A stretch of 64,000 bases of DNA, taken from contig NW_027254745.1 of NCBI RefSeq assembly GCF_044704955.1, forward strand, positions 124,001 to 188,000. The letters are read 5' to 3'. The notes below the pieces were generated by a model. It saw only the letters and a program-made list of their open reading frames with translations. It was not told the DNA's origin and ran no database searches. Both the position numbers and the translations under genes were made by a program. Of the stretch, positions 25,030 to 35,321 are shown piece after piece (the stretch's first letter is position 1; every line of letters starts with the position of its first letter). The stretch is from Pristiophorus japonicus. Lineage: Eukaryota.

Positions 25030-26260
25030 AACATTGGACTTATAGCATATTTTAATAACACTGGGAGATATTATCGCATTATAATCGGTTGGTTAATATT
25101 AATTTAATTCAACTACATCCTGAACACGTTAATTATTCAGATGGCAATTAGTTACATTTCGCACAATAAAATATCAGCATCGTAAACATAAATTAATAGT
25201 TGAATATATAATTATCACTTGTATAATTGTTATATTAAAATACCTTTCAATGATTTCTGATTTCTAAACCCGTCCTGTTCTCTGTCTATAAACTGTTTTC
25301 AAACAGTTTCAAACACATATCGTGTTTGCATTCGAGCAGAAACCTGCTGCTGCCCGCTGACACCCATATTGAACATTGTAGAAACGCCTAGATTCACAAA
25401 TTCTAGGTATTCTGAGTAACACAGGCACATCTCTCCTCAGCAGATCAACACTAAATCACATCACTGAGGGGCGGAATCCCTCGACAGAACCTTTCATGGA
25501 GCAGATCCTTCATTTCATCAACCCTTTCAGCAGAATCAAATGTATCATTGCAAAAAATCTCATTACAAAATCACTGAACCCGCCTAACACTGAAATAACT
25601 AAAGATTGAATTCAACAGAAATATAAAATAATGAGAGCAGAATTGTGATTAGACAGATCATGTTAAATACATTAATGTTGATATTATAGCATATTTAATA
25701 AAACGTGATGATATTGCTACATTATAATAATGTTAATAATATTAATTTAAGTGTGTCCCAGCGTGAAATATGTTAATTTTTCAGTACTTAATTACAGTAA
25801 CAGCTCACGTATTGAATCTGAGAGTTCGGGAACATTCGGTCAGTAGATGACAATCCAATTTTCATTAAAAAACTTAAAATTCCTTAAGATTATTTACTGG
25901 TCGCTAAGCTTTCTGTTTTGTGCCTACAATGTTCTTTTAAACACATTTAAACACAATGTTTGCATTCGATCAGAAAAACTGCAGCAATTAGTGGTCACCA
26001 AAATTAAACATTGCAGAAACATCAAACAGTGTAAAAACCATAATGTATTTAGAGTAACCCAGGCACATGTCTCGTCAGCAAATAAACAGCAAATCACATC
26101 AACAACATTTTCTGTGGAGAAAAAGTTGAATTCTATAATCACTTTGCAGCAGAATCACATTGAAAATTGCAAAAAATCTCAAAACAAAATCCACTGAACC
26201 TAAGTTTCAGTGAACGAAATAATTATTAAAATAAACAGAAATATAAAATAAAGACACAAA
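25030..26260. repeat. Diverged ~620-640-bp tandem duplication in the J-C intron
   Basis: Matching anchors at 25040/25684, 25322/25955, 25414/26052 and 25614/26233. Confidence 0.8.
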
Positions 26261-26294
26261 TACAAGAGTTACTGAATGAGTGAATGTTCCTTAC

Positions 26295-26362
26295 CTGCAG
26301 TCACCGTCACCATGGTCCCTTGTCCCCAGTAGTCCTTGGCAATGTACCCACTCCCGCAGTCC
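26295..26362 (-). CDS. IGHJ: Pre-joined D(D)J segment of IgH
   Basis: Directly after heptamer CACTGTG: G GAC TGC GGG AGT GGG TAC ATT GCC AAG GAC TAC TGG GGA CAA GGG ACC ATG GTG ACG GTG ACT GCA G|gtaagg. No internal RSS. WGQG motif and a phase-1 donor are present. Confidence 0.92.
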
Positions 26363-26390
26363 CACAGTGACAGGAACCCGCACACATACT
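26363..26390 (+). promoter_or_regulatory. 12-bp-spacer RSS 5' of the DJ segment
   Basis: CACAGTG-acaggaacccgc-ACACATACT: perfect heptamer, nonamer 6/9 to ACAAAAACC. Confidence 0.85.
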
Positions 26391-26797
26391 GCACTCACTC
26401 TCTGCTCAGTACTGACTCTCAACATTCACGTCAAATAGACATTCACTTCAAATACTCATTCGCTTCTGATCAAGTTTAGAATTTAGCCAACAGTTTACAT
26501 AGCACAATTGAAAGTGAACACAGTTCTAACCAGCTCCCTGCATGTACCAGGCACAGTGAATCGAGCATCACCTCCAGCTCTGCAATTGCTGACACTGTTA
26601 ACATTAAACAGGAGCATAATCAACACCTCGCCTCTGTACATGGGTTAGTGTGTTAGATTTTCACCATTGAATTCTCAGTGTGTTAGTTTTGTAAGAAGCG
26701 GTTTATGGTCTTGTTCTGTACATTGCCGGTAACATTGCATTTGACACAATTAATGACCATCAGGTTATGATGTAAGTTGTTGAATTCCCCCTCGATC

Positions 26798-26836
26798 TGT
26801 TCTTGTACAGGTCCAGCCCTGGTTCCTCTCGCTGTG
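26798..26836 (-). promoter_or_regulatory. 23-bp-spacer RSS 3' of VH
   Basis: CACAGCG-agaggaaccagggctggacctgt-ACAAGAACA immediately after the YYCARY codons. Confidence 0.93.
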
Positions 26837-27141
26837 GTACCTTGCACAGTAATAGATGGCGGTGTCTTCGCTCTTCAGATTCTTCATGTCCAGCGCGAAG
26901 ATGTTGTTTGAAATGTCTTTGGACGCAGTAAATCGGCTCGCAATCCCTGCGGCGTAATACTTGTTCGATGGACTGTAATACTGAACCAGCCACTCCAGCC
27001 CCTGTCCGGGAATCTGGCGGATCCAGTACATGTAGCTGCCACCAAGATCGAAGCCGCTGGTTTTACAGGTCAGTCTCAGGGAGCTTCCGGGAAACCTGAT
27101 CTCTGCCTCGGGCTGAGTCAACACCACATCCGACTGGACAC
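26837..27141 (-). CDS. IGHV: Unrearranged IgM VH exon (with end of leader)
   Basis: tttttacag|GT GTC CAG TCG. Encodes [46 protein letters not shown], with no stops. Confidence 0.97.
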
Positions 27142-27268
27142 CTGTAAAAATAATCAAAATACCCGAAGATTCAATCCTGGTGAAATGATTCCTGACTCTG
27201 TAACATTCCAGAGAGAGACTAACACTGAGACAGTAACAGTGAGACATTGGACAATAAAAACTACTCAC

Positions 27269-27314
27269 GGGAAAAGAAAGCCAGCAACAGACTGAGAGAA
27301 ATCGCCGACCTCAT
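27269..27314 (-). CDS. IGHV: IgH leader exon
   Basis: ATG 27314, [16 protein letters not shown]|gtgagt, 46 nt, 127-bp intron. Spliced leader [19 protein letters not shown]. Confidence 0.95.
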
Positions 27315-27399
27315 CCTCCTGGCAATGTGTGGTGAATGGTACCGGCAAGAACTCACTGAACAAACCCACTCCCAGACTGTTGTATTGCGGTCCCAGTGA

Positions 27400-27505
27400 C
27401 AGCAGTTAAATACCCGGGAGCTGGGGGCGAGGTTACAGGCGCCGCCCATTGATTCACTGATAGAGGCGGTTTCTGGATTCACATCACACCTTCCACATCA
27501 CCAAC
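27400..27505 (-). promoter_or_regulatory. Putative VH promoter
   Basis: TATTTAA at 27412-27406 and two GTGATGTG motifs (~27480-27501). No ATGCAAAT octamer seen. Confidence 0.5.
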
Positions 27506-29027
27506 AGAATGGACTCACATCTGGACTGTAAATTAAATCCCTTATTTCCTCACTCCTTCAAAGGGGATGTGAATCTCTGAGATTGAATTACATAATCAGG
27601 GTCTAAAGATACTGCCAGTTTGTGTTTCTCCATCTCCCGCTATCTATCCATGCATCTGTACCAATAAAGTATCCCCTATAATCTGAATTGTTATCACTCT
27701 ATGTAACCGAGTGCGGGAGATGGGTAATGTGATTCTATTTACGGTGTACTTGGCTAAAGCTACACACTTTTGGTCTGGAGATGAGATCATACTCCTCACA
27801 TTACACAATAGTCTCTCATTGCATTTCACTAACTGCCCCTGAGTCTGTGACCCGACGACAGCCGTTTGTAAAATTAGCTGTCAAATAAGTCCGCTTGACT
27901 GATGATTAAGGAGTGAGTTGACGGAGACACATAAGAAAGTGGGTCCCTCCCGCTTCAGACCTGCGTTTTATGAGAGAAGCTTGTGAATCAGAACCGATAA
28001 TGTGATCAGCAAACCTCGATATCCAAATCCTTGCAGCTAACTTTAATAGCGACCGACTGTGTAACAGACACGGGTAACAGGAACACGGTGTATCAGGACA
28101 TAACGATATGTTACAGAATTTCACAGGAATAAATGCTTCATCTCCAGCAGCAACAGATCACAATCTGGGCATTTCACCACCCAATGGTAGCCTGGCTATG
28201 AGAGGGGTTGTTCAGGAACCCAAATCAGATCAAATTATACCGCACACTGCGCGGCTACTAATCAGGAATAATGGAGACATGAGGTTAGACCTGGCTCTAA
28301 ATTCTGTGATAATATTAAAGAAGTGCAGCTGGCACTTCTCTGTGAGAATATTCAAGGCAATTCAACCTGTTTTAGTTACTTTGCGAATCCCACTCATCTC
28401 ATCATAGTGTGGGGTGAGGCCATTAAACCTCTCTCCAAAACTTCATCCTGTACTGAATAAAGGGACTGAATGGTCCAGAATGGTATTTATTTGGAAATAG
28501 TTTTCATTAGATACCGTGTTGATCAATTCATTATTTTCCGATCCTATTTTTAATATGGTGAACAAGGAATTTACGGAAAATCATTCTTGTGATGTTATAC
28601 CATGTAAAATGTTTCTTATTTTAAAAGTTCGACTGAATAATTTCATGTTCAAGTAGTTAAATACCATCTTTCTCCCATTCTTGTTCACGCTATTCTGACC
28701 GACACAATATTTGGCAGTAACCCAACCGACTGCCTTCAGCGAGCCTCGAACACCAGTGTCATTTACAGGAAGCATTTGGGATTCTTTGCAGTCCATCAAA
28801 GGTCTGTTTTCTCACTGCTGACCGCATGCCTGGAAGCCAACTTCAAAACCTTTACATTGTCAAAAGACCTATTAATATACACATCTACCCAGTAATGGTA
28901 CTGGAGTTAAATTTAATTTTTTCGTTGTGTAAATGTGTGGAACTGTTCCCATATCCCAGGAAAAGAAATATATCCAATGCCTCAGACACCATGTCAAAAG
29001 CAGCAGTCAGCTGGAGTATCAGTACCG

Positions 29028-29199
29028 NNNNNNNNNNNNNNNNNNNNNNNNNNNNNNNNNNNNNNNNNNNNNNNNNNNNNNNNNNNNNNNNNNNNNNNNN
29101 NNNNNNNNNNNNNNNNNNNNNNNNNNNNNNNNNNNNNNNNNNNNNNNNNNNNNNNNNNNNNNNNNNNNNNNNNNNNNNNNNNNNNNNNNNNNNNNNNNN
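29028..29199. other. N gap (172 nt); further gaps at 47416-47551, 52037-52176 and 56670-56797
   Basis: Runs of n in the sequence. Confidence 1.
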
Positions 29200-30640
29200 G
29201 ATCAGTGCTGGGTCCACTATTGTTCACAACTTATATTAACATTTTAGATTTTGGAGTCAAAAACACAACTTCTAAATTTTTGAATGCACGTGGGGTGGGC
29301 GGGTCGGTGTGTAAATACTGAGGAACACTGCAACGAATTACAAGAATGCATGAATTGACTAATTAGTTCCAACACAGACAAGCATGAGTTATTACAATTT
29401 GGTAAGAAAAATAAGGAGGTCACTTATCACGTTTAAAATAAGAATCTAAGTGGGATGGAGGAACAAAGGTCTCTGAGAATGCAAATACACACATCACTAA
29501 AAGTAGCGACGCAGGTTAATAATGCCATAAAAAGAATAAAAACTGTACTCGGGTTTATTTCTAGAGGGATTGAATTGAAAAGTGCAAAAGTTATACGAAA
29601 CTTGGTTAGACCACACTTGAAGTACTTTGTATAATTGACCCAACCCCCGCCCTTTCCCCGAAGCCCTGCATATGTTTTCATTCGGATATGTGGACAGTGC
29701 AGGGAAGTGGAATTCAGGTAGAAGATCAGCCATGATCCCGTTTAATGACGGAACAGGTTCGAGGAACCGTATGGCCTACTTCTGCTCCCAATTCTTATGT
29801 TCTTATCTTCTGATTTTCTCGTAAATATGGACAATAGATACTCAATCTCTTCTCATAGGACAGCATCCCACCCACCCACCCCCCCGCGCACTCCCTCCCC
29901 GCCCCCCACCCCGCCGCCATCGCAGGAATCAGATCAGTCTGATGAACCTTAGATGCACTACCTCGAAGGCAAGTGTATCCTTCCTTAGGTAAGAGAACAA
30001 AACTGTACACAATACACCAGGTGTAGTCTCAGCAAGGCCCTATATAAGTGCATGAAGACTTCTTTGATCTAATACTCCAATCCCTTTGCAATAAAATGTT
30101 GCTTACCATTTGCTTTCCTAATTGCTCACTTTGGCTCTATTTTAGCTTTCTGTGATTCGTGTACAAGACCATCCAGGTCTTTCTGAAAAACAACATTACC
30201 CAGTTTCTCAGCATTCAAAAAATAAACTGCGTTTCTATTTGTCCTACCAAAGTGCGTAACTTCACACTTCACCACATTATACTCAAGCTGTCATGTTCTT
30301 GCCCACTCACTTAACATTGCAGCCTTCTTCCTTCTTCCTCACTGTTTACTGTCCCACATAACTTTGTATTGCATAGTACGCTCATTTAAATCATCTTTCT
30401 ATACACGTGTAGAAGCTCTAACAATCTGTTTTTATGTGTTTGATAGCTTATTTAATTTTATATTTTCTCCCATATTATCAGTTGCGTGTGCATCTTTTGC
30501 AGAATTCTAAAATCTTCCCAATTGTCGGGCTTACTCCACTTTTTGTCAACATTCTAAGCCTGTTCATTTAATCTAATACTGTCTTTAACGTCCCTTGTTA
30601 TCCACGGTTGCACCATTTTGCCTGTGAGGTTTTTATTCAT
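29200..30640. mobile_element. Cluster of decayed CR1 fragments (+ strand to ~29805, then - strand)
   Basis: SVLGPLLFT.YIN and the tail tcttatgttcttat at ~29793, followed by reverse-strand ORF2 pieces. Confidence 0.8.
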
Positions 30641-30841
30641 TATGGAAGTTTATCTAATCTGACGGCTCTGTGTGATGAGCTGAAGGTGAATTTGCAACAG
30701 TAATTTTGCTAATTCCGCCCTTGATACTTCCTGATCATCTGCACCTCTTGTTGTTTGTTCTAAAAAAATCCTCTGGGTAAACGTTCAAGCAAGTTATTGT
30801 GGTTGGAATTATGAATCATGTTTAAAGTAAGCTCTGGGGTT

Positions 30842-30877
30842 TGCAGTAGATGTCGTTTATCAGCAGGTGGCGACAGT
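30842..30877 (+). promoter_or_regulatory. Candidate CTCF site with upstream motif
   Basis: TGCAGTAGA-tgtcgttta-TCAGCAGGTGGCGACAGT resembles the core CCASYAGRKGGCR, with TGCAG 18 nt upstream. Confidence 0.5.
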
Positions 30878-31444
30878 GATCATATTGATACATGAGTCAT
30901 GTGGAGACGAATGTTGCTGAGTATTTCAGTCACCGTCTGCATTGTCAAAACAAGTAAAACAATATAATGAATGCTTCTCAGTCTATCAAATTTGAAGGAA
31001 GCATGTATCCTTAGAAATAATCTGAAGGGCCAATAAATTTATTTCAATCCACATTTTAGGAAGAATTTTGGGCTCTTGCCGAGGATGCAGAGGAGATTGC
31101 TGCAAGGCATGAGGGAGTTAGTTATGTGGAGACGAAAGAGGATGGGATTATTCTTATTATAGCAGGGAATGCTTAGGGGAGAATTAACAGATGTTTTCAA
31201 AATTGTGAAGGGGTTTCATAGAGTTGATAGGAAGGTAGGGTTTCCATCGGCAGGTCTATCGGTAACCAGAGGACAAAGATTAAGGTGATTGATAAAATAA
31301 ATCCAGACGATGGAGATAAAGAGATTTTTTATGCAGAGAGTTTTAATAGCCTGGAATGTAGTGCCTGAAAGGGTGATGGCAGCAGATTCAATTATAACTT
31401 TCAAATAGGGAAATCAATATATTTTTGAAAAGGAAAGATGATCT

Positions 31445-31995
31445 GGTGAAATAAAAAGAGAGACAGTGTCGAGGATAATATAAACAGAGACAGTGTCTGG
31501 CGTAATATAAACTGAGACAGGATCTACTGTAATATAAACAGAGACAGGGCCTAATGTAATATAAACAGGGATAGTGTCCGGAAGAATATAAAAAGAGACA
31601 GTGTCCAGTGTAATATAAACAGAGGCAGGGTCTTGTGTAATATAAACAGAGATAGGGTCTGGTTTAATATAAACAGAGAAAGGGTCCAGTGTGATATAAA
31701 CAGAGACAGGGTCTAGTGTAATATAAATAGAGACAGGGTCCAGGGTGATATAAACAGAGACAGGGTCTAGTACAATATAAACAGAGACAGGGTCTAGTGT
31801 AATATAAATAGAGACAGGGTCCAGGGTGATATAAACAGAGACAGGGTCTAGTACAATATAAACAGAGACAGGGTCTAGTCCAATATAAACAGAGACAGGG
31901 TCTAGTGTAATATAAACAGAGACAGGACCTGGTGTAATAGAAACAGGTACAGGGTCTAGTGTAATATAAACAGAGGCAGGGTCTAGCATAATATT
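31445..31995 (-). repeat. 27-bp satellite array, reverse orientation
   Basis: Unit aatataaacagagacagggtctagtgt. It produces the ITLDPVSVY repeat ORF. Confidence 0.95.
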
Positions 31996-32139
31996 AGATA
32001 GAAGTACAGATAGATGGACAGAAGTCCGAATCGAGTGACGGAAGTAACAGATGGACGGACCGATCGACCGAACAACAGACAGACAGACAGATAGACAGTC
32101 AGACAGACATGAAGATTTGCATGGCTGGAATGTTGCTTT

Positions 32140-33075
32140 CAAATTACTCTAGATATTCGATATGTTTAAATTACTCTAGACTCTGTATAATTATAACTGC
32201 ACTGGACCTTCTCTCTATTCATATTGCACAAGGCCCTGTCTCAGTTATTACTGCACTCCATCGGGATCTATTTTATTACTGTAAATTCTGTCTCAGTTAT
32301 ACTGCACTAGAACCTGTCTCTGTTTATATTATGCTCAGCTCTGTATCAGTTATCACAGTACTCGACCCTCTGTTATAATACATTAGAACCTGTCTCAGTT
32401 ACTATTGAACTAGACGCTGTCTCTGTTTATATTACCGTACACCCTGTTTCTGTCAATATTTCCCTAGTCCCTGTCTCTCTTTATATTACACTAGACACTG
32501 TCTCAGTTTATATTGCACTAGGAAATGTCTATGTTTCTAATACAATAGATCATGTATTAGTTATTATTAGAGCACGATTTCCTTTGTTATATTATGTTGG
32601 ACCCTGTTTATATTATACTATCCCCTGTCTCTTTATAATAGATTGCTCCTGTCTCTATTTATATTACAGTAGACCCTGTCTCTATTTATATTACACTAGA
32701 TCCTGTCTCTATTTATGTTACAGTAGATCCTGTCTCTATTTATGTTACAGTAGACCCTGTATTTTTTATATTACACTCGACAGTCTCTGTTTATGTTACA
32801 CTAGACCCTGTATTTTCCATATTACACTAGACACTGTCTCTGTTTTTACTACACTAGACCCTGTATTTTCCATATTACACTAGACACTGTCTCTGTTTTT
32901 ACTACACTAGACCCTGTCTCTGTTTATATGGCACTACACACTGTCTCTGTTTATATTACACTAGATGCTGTGTCTGTTTATTTTACACTAGACCCTGTAA
33001 ATGTATATATTAAACTATATCCTCTCTATCTATGTTACAATTGGACATGTCTCGGTTATTACAGCACTGGACCCT
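32140..33075 (+). repeat. 27-bp satellite array, forward orientation
   Basis: Unit tagaccctgtctctgtttatattacac. Confidence 0.9.
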
Positions 33076-34504
33076 GGGGTAGAGATGTGTCTATATCGGT
33101 CAAATCGAGCAATTTGTGTGGCTGAAGGTCAGAGGTCGCACTGATGTTGCTGTTGCGACCAAGTCAAGTTGATGATGCTGCATTGTTGTGAAAAATGACT
33201 TCACCCATTGTTTACGTGTTTATGACGTAATTATGTCAAAAAGGTAAAAAGGAAATGCAATATACAGGAAGTTGCACTGATAATAACATTTTTCTGGGAA
33301 AGAGATGTCACACTGTGCCATCAAACATTCCCAGGGCAGGTACAGCGCGGGTCTATGAAGGGAAAAGCTCCCTCGATGATGTCCCATTAAACACTCCCAG
33401 CTCAGGTACAGCACTATTCGAGAAACAGTAAAGCTCCCTCTACACCGTCACATCAAACACTCCCAGGGCAGGTACAGCACGGTTTAGATAGAGAGTAAAG
33501 CTTGCTCTACACCGTCCCATCAAACTCTCCCAGGGCAGGTACAGCAATGGTCTATGCAGACTAAAGCTCCCTCTACACCGTCACATATCACACTCCCAGG
33601 GCAGGTACAGCACGGGGTTAGAAGCAGAGTAAAGTTCCCTCTACAGAGTCCCATCAAACACCAAAGATCTTTGAGTTCACACGACATATTTTATTATAAA
33701 GCTGCCTCTCCGCACAACCACCAATTTGGTTTGAGGCCTGGAAATAGACCTTAGGGAACATTTTTGTTAGACATTGACTTCTTATTGCGAGGTAAAGATA
33801 ATGAGGCATTCTTTAGAGGCAAGGCAGAAGGTGTGGATAGTACAGAGAGGCAGAGAGGGAGGGGATACAGGGAATTGCCACTAATACATTGAGCTGTCAC
33901 TATATACGGTGACTAGAATATTTCCCCATTCTGACCGCGGATAACATCGTTGATTTGCTCACCAATAACTGAAAGAAATCTCCAAAACATCAATTGTTGC
34001 TGGAATCCGTTGAGACATTAGCATTTCTCTCTCTGTTTATTTCTATTCTGTATTGATGAAGAAACATTTACTGTGTTTCTGTCGTTCAATATTCTAATCT
34101 GGGACTTCTATTTCTGTGTTTATTTACATAAACACCTCACTGGTTTCCAGGAAGTGTTCATGGCAGCAAAAGCAGATCCACAAAGTTTTACTGATTAGTT
34201 TTAACTCACAGCACGGGTTTATTTTATGAATATTGTTAGCTGGTACAAATAAATGGAAATATCTCCAGCAGTGACATCGGTTTTTTTTGTTTAATCAGAA
34301 GAGATGTGATTTATATCAAAGGGAAAATATTAAAATGAAAAATTCATCTCTGAAAATTGCGATACTTAAGTCAGTGGAACGTCTCTGAACAGATCAGTGA
34401 TTCACTGGATGTCCATTTTGAGTAAGATTCCTGCCATTTAAACTAAACAAGTTACAACAGCGAGCAGAGGAGTGACCCATTGCAACGTATATTTTAAATG
34501 TTGA

Positions 34505-34985
34505 CATTTAGAAATAACTTTCACGACTTTCACGTCCTCGGAATGTCTAAAAGCGCTTTACAATGAAGTACGTTTGAAGTGTAGTCACTTTTGTAATGTA
34601 GGAAATGTGGAGTCAAATTGCGCACAGCAAGCTCCCACAAATGTATTGTGATAATAACCACAGAATCTGTTCTTTAGTGATGCTGGTTAATGGATAAATA
34701 TGTGTAATGGACACCGGGGTGAAATCCCCTGCTGTTTAAAATAGTGCCATTCAATCTCTTACATCCAACTGTGAGGGGAGACTCAGCAGATGTAACGTCT
34801 CATCAGAAAGACTGCACCACCGTCAATATAGCCCTCCCCCCCGCCCCCAACCCTTCCCCTTTGGTACTGGAACCGGGAGTGCCAGCCGAGCTTATGTGCT
34901 CATTCTCTGGAGAGGGGTTTGGACCCACAAACTTCTCACTCAGAGGCGAGAGTGATCCCATTGTGCCGGGGCTTTAGCACACCAC
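34505..34985 (-). mobile_element. Shark SINE copy (paralogous copies at 42700-43036 + 45913-46045 and 60960-61410)
   Basis: Reverse complement of the 17930-18372 family (gcacagcaagctcccacaaa..., actcagaggcgagagtg). Confidence 0.7.
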
Positions 34986-35321
34986 TGCTTTATTTTTTAG
35001 ATGTTGTCATTTAGTTTAGAGTGTCCAAAGTTCAGTGCCTGAGACGAGTCATACATGTCGGTTTAATTCCCGGGGATAATGCTCTTATCTTGCCTGGGAT
35101 GATATTCTGACACTGTTGTAAAGTGGGATTTCCATATCAAATCTAGCGACTCCGCATCTGGATGTTCATCAGGTGCATCAGTAGAGCAGCTGGAAACTAC
35201 GACGATGCTCCTTAGATTAGAGAATGTTAAGGGCGATTTAATAGAGGCGATCAAAATTATGAGAAGTTTTAATCGAGTAAATAGTTAGAAATCTTTTCCA
35301 CTGGTAGGACGTACAGTAACC

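Noticed and set aside
26552-26558. Perfect CACAGTG between V and DJ, suggesting a hidden D segment
   Set aside because: No nonamer at 12 or 23 bp spacing and no opposing heptamer, so it is treated as an isolated cryptic heptamer.
12116-27314. Assignment as IgNAR, IgW or IgM1gj
   Set aside because: It has four mu-type C exons including Cmu2, a mu tailpiece and a conventional VH with full FR2/CDR2, and V is not joined.
27840-29027. Unique sequence and short ORFs upstream of VH as a second V or TCR-like segment
   Set aside because: No C-W-YYC framework, leader or RSS found.
28826-29321. ORFs spanning N runs (also at 47.2-47.7, 51.9-52.3 and 56.5-57.0 kb)
   Set aside because: Artefacts of translating through gaps.
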